This document shows positions 1-11,770 of a stretch of DNA of 64,000 nt, piece by piece. The first letter of the stretch is position 1. Each line of letters opens with the position of its first letter. The stretch comes from Squalus acanthias (Eukaryota). The stretch is from positions 62,126,001-62,190,000 of the forward strand of contig CM059432.1 in the NCBI GenBank assembly GCA_030390025.1, given 5' to 3'. The position numbers and the translations under genes were made by a program. The notes under the pieces were generated by a model that worked only from the letters and a program-made list of their open reading frames with translations, did no database searches and was not told the origin of the DNA.

Positions 1-662
1 GCGGGCTGCTTTGTCCTGGATGGTGTCGAGCTTCTTGAGTGTTGTTGGAGCTGCACTCATCCAGGCAAGTGCATTCCATCACTCTCCTGACTTGTGCCTT
101 GTAGATGGTGGAAAGGCTTTGGGGAGTCAGGAGGGGATGCACTCACCACAGAATACCCAGCCTCTGACCTGCTCTTGTAGCCACAGTATTCATGTGGCTG
201 GTCCAGTTATGTTTCTGGTCAATGGTGACCCCCAGGATGTTGATGGTGGGGGATTTGACGATGATAATGTTGTTGAATGTCAAGGGGAAGCGGTTAGACT
301 TTCTCTTGTTGGAGATAGGCATTGCCTAGCACTTGCGTGGCGCGAATGTTACTTGCTACTTTTCAGCCCACTCGTAAAGGTCATCCAGGTCTTGCTACAT
401 GCGGGCAGGGACTGGATCATTATCTGAGGAGTTGCGAATGGAACTGAACACTGTGCAATCATCAGCAAACTTCCCCACTTCTGTCCTTATGATGGAGGGA
501 AGGTCATTGATGAAGCAGCTTATGATGGTTGTGCCTAGGACACTGCCCTAAGGAGCTCTTGCAGCAATGTCCTGGGGCTGAGATGATTGGCCTGCAACAG
601 CCACAACCATCTTCCTTTGTGCTAGGTATGACTCCAGCCAGTGGAGAGTTTTCCTCCTGATT
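1..662 (-). mobile_element. LINE family 2 (CR1/L2-group non-LTR retrotransposon), RT region; continues at 2964-3410 after a CR1 insertion
   Basis: Closely similar to 55735-56400. The minus strand carries the RT region (QGSVLG...FINDLP...FADD). Confidence 0.85.
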
Positions 663-2963
663 ACATAAGAACATAAGAAATAGGAGCAGGAGTAGGCCAT
701 TCGGCCCTTCGAGCCTGCTCCGCCATTCAATGAGATCATGGCTGATCTTCTGCCTCAACTCTATTCACTGGCCCTATCGCCATATCCCTTGATGCCTTTA
801 CTAGTCAGAAATCTATCGACTTCTGTTTTGAATATATCCAATGACTGAGCCTCCACAGCCCTCTGGGGTAGAGAATTCCAAATATTCACCACCCTCTGTG
901 TGAAGAAATTTCTTCTCATCTCAGTCCTGAATGGCCTACCCTTTATCCTGAGGCTGTGGCCCATGGTTCTAGACTCCCCAGCCAAGGGAAACATTCTCCC
1001 AACATCCACCCTATCAAGCCCTGTAATAATTTTGTATGCTTCAATGAGATCCCCTCTCATTCTTCTGAATTCAAGAGAATACAGGCCTAGTTTACTCAAT
1101 CTCTTCTCATACGACAGTCCCGCCATCCCAGGAATCAATCTCGTGAACCTTCGTTGCACTCCCTCTATGGCAAGTATATCCTTCCTTAGGTAAGGAGTCC
1201 AAAATTGTACACAGTACTCCAGGTGTGGTCTCACCAAGGCCCTATATAATTGGAGTAAGACTTCTTTACTCCTGTACTCAAATCCTCTTGTAATGAAGGC
1301 CAACATACCATTTGCCTTCCTAATGGCTTGCTGCACCTGCACATTCACTTTCAGTGACTCATGTACAAGGACACCCAGGTCCCTTTGAGCATCTGCATTC
1401 CCCAATCTTTCGCCATTTAGGAAATACTCTGCCTTTCTGTTTTTTTTACCAAAGTGGATAACTTCACATTTATCCACATTATATTCCATCTGCCATGTTC
1501 TCGCCCACTCACTGAGCCTGTCGAGATCCCCTTAAAGCCTCTTCACATCTGACACTGCCACCTAGCTTTGTATCATCAGCAAATTTGTAAATGTTACATT
1601 TAGTCCCCTCATCCAAATCATTGATATAGATTGTGAATAGCTGGGGCCCAAGCACCGATCCTTGCGGTACCCCACTAGTCACAGCCTGCCATCCTGAAAA
1701 AGACCCGTTTATCCCTACTCTTTGTTTTCTGTCTGTTAATCAATTCTCAATCCATGCTAGTATATTACCCCCAATTCCATGTGCCCTAATTTTGTTCACC
1801 AGCCTCTTGTGTGGAACCTTATTGAAGGCCTTCTGAAAATCCAGATACACCACATCTACCGGTTCCCCTTTGTCTACTCCACTAATTACATCCTCAAAGA
1901 ACTCCAATAGGTTTGTCAAACAGGATTTCCCTTTCATAAATCCATGTTGACTCTGCCCAATCTTACTATTAGTTTCTAAGTGCCCAGTTATTGCATCATT
2001 TATAATAGATTCCAGCATTTTCCCAACTACTGATGTGAGGCTAACAGGTCTGTAGTTCCCTGTTTTCTCTCTCCCTCCTTTCTTTAATAGCGGGGCTACA
2101 TTTGCTATCCTCCAATCTGCAGGAACCGTTCCAGAATCTATAGAATTTTGGAAGATGACAACCAATGCGTCCACTATCCCAATGGCCACCTCTTTCAAAA
2201 CCCTAGGATGTAGGTCATCCGGTCCTTGGGATTTATCAACTTTTAGTCCCATTAATTTTGCTAGTACTGTTTTTTTACTAATAATTTCTTTAAGTTCCTC
2301 ATTCTCACCACACCCTTGGTTTTCTCGTATTTCTGGAAGGTTTTTGGTGTCTTCCTCCGTGAAGACAAACAAAGTATTTATTTAATTTCTCTGCCATTTC
2401 CTCATTCCCCATTATAAATTCTCCCGTCTCTGACTATAAAGGACCTACATTTACCTTCGCCAGTCTTTTCCTTTTCACATACCTATAGAAGCTTTTACAA
2501 TCCATTTTTATATTTTTCTCTAGTTTGTGCTCATATTGCATTTTCCCTTTCTTTATCAATTTCTTGGTCCCCCTTTGCTGATTTCTAAAAAGATCCCAAT
2601 CCTCAGGCTGACCGCTTTTTCTGGCAACTTTATAAGCTTCCTCCTTTGACTTAATACTAGCTTTAATTTCTTTTGTTAGCCATAGTTGGATCACTTTTCC
2701 TTTTGTGTTTTTATGCCCGAGAGGAATATATGTTTGTTGCAAATGATGCATTATTTCCTTGAATGTTAACCATTGTATGTCCACCTTCATACCTTTTAGT
2801 GTAGTCTTCCAATCTACCATGGCCAACTTGTCCCTCATACCCTTGTAGTTTCCTCTGTTTCGATTGAAGACTTTAGTTTCAGATTGGACTACATCACTCT
2901 CAAACTTAATGTAAAATTCAATCATATTATGGTCACTTGTCCCTTTTTGGTCACTTGTCCCTT
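663..2963 (-). mobile_element. CR1/HER1-type LINE, 5'-truncated, with disrupted ORF2
   Basis: (CATAAGAA)n tail at 663-680. ORF2 fragments 761..1489, 1740..2372 and 2434..~2945 include YRPVSLTSVVGK, QHGFMKGKSCLTNLL, YLDFQKAF and RPHLEYCVQFW. TGATT flanks it at 658-662 and 2964-2968. Confidence 0.95.
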
Positions 2964-3410
2964 TGATTCCCATTGATTTCAATTTTACTAGGGCTCCTTG
3001 ATGCCACACTCAGTCAAATGTTGCCTTAATGTCAAGAGCAGTCACTCTCACCTCACCTCTGGAATTCAGCACTTTTGTCCATGTTTGGGCCAAGGCTGTA
3101 GTGAGGTCTGGAGCCAAGTGGTTCTGACGGAATCCAAACTGAGCATCGGTGAGAAGGTGATTGGCGAGTAAGTGCCACTTGATAGCACTGTCAACGACAC
3201 CTTCCATCACTTTGCTGATGATTGGGAGTGGACTGATGGGGCGGTAATTGGCTGGATTGGATTTGTCCTGTCTTTTATGTACAGGACATACCTGGGCAAT
3301 TTTCCACTTTGTCGGGTAGATGCCAGTGGTATAGCTATACTGGAACAGCTTGGCTAGAGGCGCGGCTAGTTCTGGAGCACAAGTCTTCAGCACTATAGCC
3401 GGAATGATGA
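2964..3410 (-). mobile_element. LINE family 2, continuation of the 1-662 copy (RT N-terminal region)
   Basis: ORF 3010..3432 reads PELAAPLAKLFQYSY...KWKIAQVCPVHK...NYRPIS...QFGFR...ALDIKATFD. Confidence 0.85.
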
Positions 3411-3424
3411 TGTGTTCTCTTCTC

Positions 3425-3930
3425 GGCACCACACCTCAGAAAGGATATATTGACCTTGGAGGGAGTGCAGCGTAGATTTACTAGAATGATACCTGGACTC
3501 CAAGGGTTAAATTACGAGGAGAGATTACACAAACTAGGGTTGTATTCCCTGGAATTTAGAAGATTAAGGGGTGATTTGATCAAAGTTTTCAAGATATTAA
3601 GGGAACAGATAGGATAGATAGAGCAAAACTATTTCCGCTGGTTGGGGAATATAGGACTTGGGGACATAGTCTAAAAATTAGAGCCAGGCCTTTCAGGAGT
3701 GAAGTTGGGAAACACTTCTACATGCAAAGGGTGGTAGAAGTTTGGAACTCTCATCCGCAAATGGCAGCTGATGCTGGGTCAATTGTTAATTTTAAATCTG
3801 AGATTGATAGATTTCAGTTAACCAAAGTGATTAAGGGATATGGGGCAAAGGCGGGCATATGGTGTTAGATTACAGATCAGCCATGATATTGAATGGCTGA
3901 ATCGGGCTAAATGGCCTACTCCTGTTCCTA
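3425..3930 (+). mobile_element. CR1 3' fragment
   Basis: Encodes the KDI..LEGVQRRFTR...FRRLRGDLI region and ends in the CR1 3'UTR (gatcagccatgat...ggcctactcctgttcct). Confidence 0.85.
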
Positions 3931-3931
3931 C

Positions 3932-4078
3932 TGACTATTCTTCATGTGTGAGCTTGATCAGTGAACGCTGGCAGGTTATTCAACTGCAGGGCCATTGCAG
4001 CTGAACCCAATTCTGCCCTTAAGATGATGAACTTAAATGAGGGGTCATTGGCTCGTGATCAGAAGGAAGAACCCTGGC
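3932..4078 (-). mobile_element. LF-SINE fragment
   Basis: The reverse complement resembles recalled LF-SINE core blocks (gccagggttc..ctgatc..atgacccc; gaataacctgccagc..tcactg..agctcacacatgaagaat). Confidence 0.65.
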
Positions 4079-4260
4079 CAATATTTATTCCTCAATCAAC
4101 AAAACAAAAACAGTTTATCTGGTCATTATCACATTGCTGTTTGTGGGAGCTTGCTGTGTGCAAATTGGCTGCCGCGTTTCCCACATTACAACTGTGACTA
4201 CACTCCAAAAGTACTTCATTGGCTGTAAAGCGCTTTGAGATGTCCGGTGGTCGTGAAAGC
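4072..4260 (+). mobile_element. DeuSINE (SacSINE1/AmnSINE1-like), 3' half with L2-like tail
   Basis: Sequence ccctggccaatatttattcctcaatcaac...tatctggtcattatcacattgctgtttgtgggagcttgctgtgtgcaaattggctgcc...aagtacttcattggctgtaaagcgcttt matches the recalled Deu domain and tail. Confidence 0.8.
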
Positions 4261-4281
4261 TTTTCTTTCTTTCTAGTCTAA

Positions 4282-5056
4282 GGGGGGAATTTTGCCAGCC
4301 CTGGGGAGCCGGGTAAGGAGGTGGGACTGCCGGGAAAATGGCAGAATCTGGGGGCGGGTACCCATCCCGCCTCCATGCCATCTTCCCAGGAGGCGGGTAC
4401 CCAACCCCTGCCAGATCCCGTCTCCTCGAGGCGGGAAGGGGATTAGTGCCAATTAACAGGCAGTTTTTTTGGAGAATCCCTATTTTCAGCGCTGAAGTGT
4501 GGGCTTCCCGACGGCTCCAAACCACGCCAGTGTCAGCGAGGCGGGCCGTCGGTCTGCGGGGGTCGGAGGGGTCGAGATGTCCGGTGTGCAGGTGAGTGAT
4601 GGGTGCAAGTGTGGAGGTGAGTGTGTGAGGTGAGTGTAAAGTGTTTACTTCTTCTTGCAGGCTTCAACCCTTCAGGTCTCGGGAGTCCCTCATCTCACCG
4701 GCACAGAAAGCAGAATGGCCGCTGAACTGTCAAAAGCTTTGGTTTCTGCTCAGGAGAGATCTCTAACTGAGCCTGAGTGGAAGTACTCAACTTAGAGGAC
4801 AGACTGTCAGTGTTTGACAGCTTCACAGAGCCATCAAACATCATCTGTCAAAAGCTCTTGACAGGTGAAACGTCACTCGCTGACATCACCTGTAACCGGC
4901 TTTCCCTTAATTGGCCTGCTAAACCCGCTGGGTGGGATTAACAAGGTCAATGAAGGGAAAATAGTGTGGGTTGGCCACAAGTCGATGGAGGCGGGACTAA
5001 AACCCGACAAGTGGGAGTCCCGCCTCCAAAAGCTCCCCATTGACAAAATCCAGCCC
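4282..5056. mobile_element. Non-autonomous DNA transposon (PIF/Harbinger-like MITE)
   Basis: Termini GGGGGGAATTTTGCCA and TGACAAAATCCAGCCC form an imperfect 16-bp TIR. Perfect TAA duplication at 4279-4281 and 5057-5059. GC-rich interior. Confidence 0.8.
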
Positions 5057-5661
5057 TAAGGGTGCTGAGGCTAGATGTAGTGCCTGCACTGCCCTATCTG
5101 GGATCAAATATCTTGGCATTGAGTTGGCCAAACATGAAATCTTCTAGCCTATGCCACACTATAAATATTTACCAACTGAGCTATTGGGAAGCAAGTGTTG
5201 TAGATTTTTATTTGTCCTTTTGGTTTCAGTTGAAACATCAATACTCTGTTTTCAGTGATTAGCCTATTCTCGTTCTGATCCCACCTGAAAGATTAACCTA
5301 TCTTTCTCTTTCAGATGCTGATTGACTCACTGTGTGTTGCCAGCATTTTCTGGTTTTATTTCAGATTCAAATCATGTTCTGCTCAGTTCATATCTCAGTC
5401 GCGGGGAGAGAAAAAGTAAATCAGAATTGCAGGTAGTAGTCCCTGGTGCTTCCAGGTGAGTGGCTGCATGAGGCATTGGTGTCAGTCTAGGAACAGTTTG
5501 TGTAAGACCCCCTCTGCAGCAGAAGCACTAGGTCAGGCAGATGAAGAAGGCGATAAAATATGCAAAAAAAGTGGAAACTTACGGACTGTTCCCATTGACA
5601 AGTCTGAAGTTTAATTCCTAAAAGCAGAATAATAAGAGTATTCCCATCTCTCCTGTTACAG

Positions 5662-5881
5662 GTGGGAAAGCTGGCATTTTGATGGTGAAAGTCTTGGATT
5701 TGCATGAAGAATGTTCAGTGTTTGTAGCTTTGTGTCAGCCATTGCTGGAAACCTACACAGAGCAAGCTGTTGAAAATGATGACTGCACCAGCAAAACCCC
5801 CCTCAAGGTTTTATTCACAAGAGAAACAGCGTCCCACCTCGGAATCAGTGCAGGAGATACTGTTCACATCTATCCACCGTG
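5662..5881 (+). CDS. SPIDR: Internal coding exon of SPIDR (scaffold protein involved in DNA repair), DUF4502 region
   Basis: Translates as GKAGILMVKVLDLHEECSVFVALCQPL...PLKVLFTRETASHLGISAGDTVHIYPPW, matching the recalled vertebrate SPIDR motif (VKILELHEEC...LKVLFTKETA...DTVRIFPPW). It has a pyrimidine-rich acceptor ctctcctgttacAG (ends 5661, phase 1) and a donor TG|GTGAGT (5882, phase 2). Confidence 0.9.
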
Positions 5882-8570
5882 GTGAGTGCCATATATCCTT
5901 CCACAAATACAAGTTGGTGAAGTTGTTTCTTGAACACAATATTAAAATCTGAAATCAACCTATTATAATTTATACCTTACATTAATGTTGTTAAAGATCA
6001 AATAAGGGCTATTTAAAGAAAAATACCCTGTAACTAAATAATGGATGTCACAATGGAAAAAAATGTCATAGCCCTGTAAACTGATGTACTGTGAATTATT
6101 GTGTGTCTAGATAATAGATTCGTCAAGGTTTTATTGAAATATATTGCTCTTAAGGTTGCACTGCCCTGGTGTCTTCCTGAGTTCTATTTGAGATGGAACA
6201 TTTTACATGCATATGACTCCTTTCTGTGCATATTGCAGTTGGCTAAAAGAAAACATAGTATTTTTGCCAACAAATTGTAGCTATTCTTTCACAATGCACT
6301 GTATTGACGGGTAAAGGGACATACTTCAGCAGCTCCTAAAACAGAAAAGCTGTTCAGCTGCTCAATCGTGACTGAGCTGGTCTTATGATGAGGGTGCGCC
6401 TGCTGCTGCAGCTCAGTAGGCTGCCTTGGCTAAGCTTTGTGGTGTTAATGCTTCTTCCTAATTTAACTAGGCTCCCAGCATGTGGAAATACGTGCCCAAG
6501 GTGCTTGGTCTGTAGCGTAGTTGGCTGGAAGGTAAAAAATATCATGAATCAGCAGCTCTTAAAAGCCTGCAGCTTTCCATTAAAAGGAAAGTTGTAGTGG
6601 TAGTAGAAAAGCTTAGTAATTGTTTAGAATGACACAAACCTAAATTGGTAACTCCTGCACCTCTGGCAGGTACCCTTTAAGGATGTCCAACCTTTTGGAG
6701 CTGAGGGCTGAATAAATGTGTCCAAACCAGTGAGTGGCCCACATGATCTCTGATAAATATGAGGCCTGATGCATAGTAAGTCCAAATATCTCCTTATGCA
6801 AAAATCCAAGCCCATACACAAAAAAGCAAGATCCTTCGCCATACATAAAAGACCCCCATACATAAAAAATACAAGCCCCCATAAATAATAAGTCAAGCTG
6901 TACTGTGTATTTCCCTCCCGTCCTAGGTGTTTACCGCAATTGTGATAATAAATTATGACATTCAGATGTTACAACAGCGTGACGCTGCAAATAAGTGTGA
7001 CAACCAAAGTATTTGCTAGACGCAAGATTTTTTACTATATTCTATAGATATAATTACTAGCAGATCTACTATGGCATTGTTAATGGTGAGTTGGAGGATG
7101 CACTATTTTATAAAGAAATGTTATACCATGCAACACATAATGCATTTACAGAACTGAATAAGTGAAATTGCATTTTTATTAGATTTTTGTTCACATTTTG
7201 GGGGTTGGTTGAATTCTCAGATGGTCTCCATATTTCTGTGAACAATTTAAATCAGTGGCCTCCATTATTAATACTTACTCCTTTATTTATGTACTGATTT
7301 TTAATTTGTCACGTTCTTTGAAGCCAAGTATACAAAACAGGGTGATAGGCAAGATGTACCGGATGGAGACCAATTTCAAAAGCTTTAATCAGGTAAAGTT
7401 TCTGATGAGTTTTATTTCAAATTTTGCAGTAAACAAAGTCACTAATTATCTCACCTGTACTTAATTGGTAGTTAGAAAATGTAAACATTCTAATTGTTGA
7501 CACCTGTGAGACAGAGAAATACAGAGAGCAAGGAAGATAGGCAGTGTTTTTACACATCCTAATTTGATTTTAAAAGTGTAAAAAATAAGTTTGCTTTTCG
7601 AATCAAACAAGCATCTTTCAGAAAAAGAAGAACAGTAGGAGAAGGTGGGGTGAAGGCAAATGGTTTGAAGGTGTCTGGGCCGTTTGTGCCTCACCGCCCA
7701 TTCGGGGGAGCATCTGGGAATGATGGGGAAGTGGATTGAAGGTTAACAAAACTCAGGTGATAATTCGAGCTTTCAAAATTCACCTCGTCTTTTTAATTTG
7801 GAATAAAAACTCAAATTTAGATGAGGAAAGACATTGCATGTGTATGTGTCTCTGTGCCCAACAGCTGTTAATAATTAAAATGTTTACATTTTCTAACTGT
7901 CAGCACAGGTGGCAAAGATTTTTGTTTTGAAATTTAACTTTTAAAAAAATAAACTCAAATTATAATGAGGAAAGACACTCCCTCAGCTTAACATGCTTTA
8001 AGAAATGTATGGAATATAAAACAAAATCTACCCTAGGTGCATTAAATAGTTTCTCTTTCTCTCCCACCTCCGTCTTGCACACGCAGTTTAAAAAAAAAAT
8101 AAGCTAACTCTGTTTAGAAAAACACACTCAATATAAACTTTGCTTGCTTAATGCTTTTGAAATTTATCCACTAGCTTGCTTCAAATAATTCTGAAAAGCA
8201 GCTGATCAGAAATTGCTGGAAGCTAAAGAAAAAATTTAAGTTCAGTTGACTGAACAGTATTGATGCATCCTGGAAATTGGGTACATTGCACATGATCAGA
8301 TTGTACAATCCGAATTCAGTTAAGTGTCAGCCCTGGTCAAAAATACCAAGTCCAAGCCCAGCCCTATGGGAATGGCTGAGGCCACCTTTAATGGAGATAA
8401 AAAGACACGAAAGATAATACAGTGGATAAATGTAACACTGTTTGCAATATGTAATTTTATTTTTTTTAAACCCTTGTATTAGACATTAGTAATTACAGTT
8501 ACTGAGGGGAATAAATAACGGGTGAAAACTGTTCAGAAATAATTTCCCGCAATTTGTAGGAAAAGATAAT

Positions 8571-9322
8571 GGCCTAGAAATTCAAGCGCACCCAAAAACG
8601 GGCCCGCAGTGGGTGTAGGGCTCAATCTCCGTGCTTGAATGGATAGGCCTGAGATGTATGTAATACTGGGCCTCTGCCCCCTCATTATCATTGAGCCTAA
8701 AGGGTGTCCCCAGGCAGCTTGCTGGAATAAAGGACTTGAAGATCAGGCTACTGCGACTCTCAAATAAATTCTTTAAAGGCAACCGGGAAGGGTCTGCTAT
8801 GTGGCAGGGGGTGCTATAGAGAGGGGGGGGAGTGGGTAGTGCTGATCGGAGGTGGTGCTGGTCTGGTCAAGATCACGGTGGAGGTGGGGGGCTGCGGTCA
8901 CAGTCAGCGGCCTGCGTGGTTTTAAAGTGGGGTAGGGAGGAGCACTCCTGCTCTTTCAGGCTCCACATTCAGGTAAGCATATTTTAAATGTTTACCTTGT
9001 TTGTTGTGGCCTGCAGCGCACCTGTTGGGCCACATGTTGACCTGGTTTTCCTGAATGCAGCCGGCCGGGCGCTGGCTATGTTCAGGGCAACCCAGTACTG
9101 TAGCGGCGGCTTCAAACAGGCGTTAAGCGCCTTATTTAAATATGCATAGGGCCAAATGCCTGTTTCTGGCGTAGGCCCTGGACACTTTTTTTTGCCGACA
9201 CCAATATGCCGGGAGGTGCAGTTGTGGATTGTATTGTGTGTGTTTCCTGCTCACTATATTGGAAGCTTAGGAGGCCGCTTAGCACAAGAAAAACAGACGC
9301 TGCATGGTTGAATTTCTAGGCC
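8571..9322. mobile_element. PIF/Harbinger-like MITE
   Basis: Perfect 15-bp TIR GGCCTAGAAATTCAA / TTGAATTTCTAGGCC. Flanks AAT/ACT (3-bp duplication, one mismatch). GC-rich block in AT-rich DNA. Confidence 0.8.
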
Positions 9323-10507
9323 ACTGTATCGTCACCTAATAGTCAGATTGTGCACTAACACGATGACAGGTTTACATAGACGAGTTCTATTTTAAATTTA
9401 GCATAGGAATTAATAATAAGTTTGACATGAAGGTATGACAACAAAAAGTGATGAGAAGAACAAAGGTTTTATAGACAGGAAGAGCACACAGACGCAAGAT
9501 TTTTTTAAAAATGAGATAGGTAGGTAAATACCAGTAAAAATCGCTAAATCGTAGGTTGCGTTTATTACACTATTATACTTGTACTGGACTTGCATCACAA
9601 TCAAGCTAAAATACTTAGAATAGGGTATAGTGGAAAGAATAGAGGGGACAGAGACAAAGCAAAGCGGAAGTAAAGTTTTTAATATATAACATTAATATGA
9701 CTCTTATAAATGTTTTTCTGATACCTGAATAACATTGCTACTAAAATACTGCCCCCCTCCTCTTAATTCTGTCACTTAATTCACACCATCTGATTGAATA
9801 TTTTTAGCGCTAAATTCCCAGATGACTACTTTTTACTTTTCTCAATTCAAATTATTGGATAGTTCAGTTTTTATTGGTGCAAACAAGGATTTATAATTAT
9901 CTGGAGTAGACTTCATTAAAGGATATGTTCTAGCATTCAAATGTGAGTTGATTTTTAAAAAATAACTCAGTAAGCACAGAATTCCCTGGCGATGTTGGCA
10001 ATATAAGGGTTAATTAAAGCTTGTATTCTTTGGGGTCTTCACATTGTCCAGTAAGTTGGGAATCTCGTGCAATGCTTAGTTTAGTATATTTTAATTTGAA
10101 CCAAAAAAATCTTCCCATTAAGCTTGTCCAGACATAAGCTTAGGAAATTCCATTCATTCCATCGTGACAGGTTAGATGAGCAAGCCCACCAATGATTTAG
10201 GCAATAGTTCTTCTAGTAGATTGAACAGACTGATTATCTTTTATATGGTACATCACGGTCCCTGTCTATGCAATAACTTTCTCTGGATGACTGGAGGAGA
10301 GAAAAATGTATACCCAACCAGTATCTGAATTACATTATATATGTACAGTACAAACAACCTTATATCCCTGTTCTTCTCACTTAGATTATATCTTTGCAGG
10401 TTGTTATCTTTTATCTGTTCCACAATCAACCTGTTGCCTTTTATCTGTACAACAGACAGTGAGCAAGGGAAAGAATGTAGTGGCTGTCTACATAAATTCA
10501 ATAGTAA

Positions 10508-10602
10508 TGCCGTTGCACACCAGCTACCACACGGGCTTGACAGAGCAAGGTCTTGGTCCAATGGCAAGGGAATCCAAGACGATTGGAGACCAGGCTCTGC
10601 TA
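10508..10602 (-). repeat. Fragment of an unclassified short retroposon (inverted partner of 11150-11348)
   Basis: gcacaccagctaccacacgggcttgacagagcaaggtcttgg is the reverse complement of about 11162-11203. Confidence 0.7.
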
Positions 10603-10990
10603 CATTATATTCTATGCCTCGGCTAATAAAGGCAAGTAGCCCGTATGCCTTCTTAACCACCTTATTTACCTGTCCTGCTACCTTCAGGGATCTGTGGACA
10701 TGCACTCCAAGGTCCCTCTGATCTCCTGCACTTCTCAGTGTCCTACCATTTATACTGTATTCCCTTGCCTTGTTAGCCCTCCCCAAATGCATTACTTCAC
10801 ACTTCTCCAGATTGAATTCCACTTGCCACTGTTCTGCCCACCTGACCAGTCCATTGATATCTTCCTGCAGTCTGCAGCTTGCTTTCTTCATTATCAACCA
10901 CACAGCCAATTTTTGTATCATCTGCAAACTTCTTAATCATACTTCCTACATTCAAGTCCAAATCATTGATATGTACCACAAAAAGCAAAT
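10603..10990 (-). mobile_element. CR1 internal RT fragment
   Basis: ORF fragments read INDLD...KFADDTKIG and WQVEFNLEKCEVMHLG...QRDLGVHVH. Confidence 0.85.
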
Positions 10991-11149
10991 GACAGCTGTG
11001 GTGTCACAAGTTCATTGCCATGTCATTTCTAGATCCAGTGCCTCGTTGTCTCAGTAACACTGTCACTACTCCAGGATCATCCTGGAATGCAAAGATAACC
11101 CCCGGCTTCTCTTTACTACAAACCATCTTCTTAAACCCCACTCCCCTGC

Positions 11150-11348
11150 CTCCGCATTGATCCAAGACCTTGCTCTGTCAAGCCCGTGTGGTAGCTGGTG
11201 TGCAATGGCCACCCCACGTTAAAAGAATTCATGCACAGGCATCTTCCACCCTTTAAAATGAAGTTCGGGCATCAGTCACCTGAGAACTCATTTTTAGTGT
11301 GGAAGCAAGTCATCCTCGGTTCTGAGGGACTGCCTAAGAAGAAGAGAA
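11150..11348 (+). mobile_element. Unclassified short retroposon / LINE 3' end with (AAG)n tail, possibly RTE-related
   Basis: Ends in gagggactgcctaagaagaaga. The same terminus recurs at about 26754-26783. Confidence 0.55.
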
Positions 11349-11494
11349 GAATAGTAATGATGGTCTGAGTGTCAGCTTGCAGTAACTACATCCAATTGCT
11401 GGTAGAAATTTGTGAATGGTATTCTGATTAGTTACATACCATGCATACTATGGTTAGATGCTTCCCCACCAGCTTTATGCTGAAAAAATTGATA

Positions 11495-11770
11495 ATTTGC
11501 ATTTATAAAGGGCTTTTAATGTATAAAATATCCCAAAGCACTTTGCAGAGGGGAGAGAGAAAATAAATAAATGGAGCGAGAGTTAGGAGATGTGACCAAA
11601 GGATTAGTCGAAAAGGCTTTTAAGGGTGGAATGAGAGGTGGAGGAGTTTAGTGAGGGAGTTACGGAGAATAGGGCCAAAACAGCTGAAGACCTTGTCACG
11701 AATGCTGAGGCAAAAGGAGCGGGTTTATCAAGATGCCACAGTTGGAGAACCAAATGTTATGGGAGGGGAT
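11495..11770 (-). mobile_element. Degraded L2-type LINE 3' remnant
   Basis: Diverged match to the 3' end of the L2 at 27830-28100 (atcccaaagcacttt; gtgaccaaag; gggagtt..cagctgaag). Confidence 0.5.

Noticed and set aside
7790..7980. Imperfect direct repeat of about 30 bp (aaactcaaatt..atgaggaaagaca)
   Set aside because: Only two degenerate copies in AT-rich DNA; most likely a local duplication.
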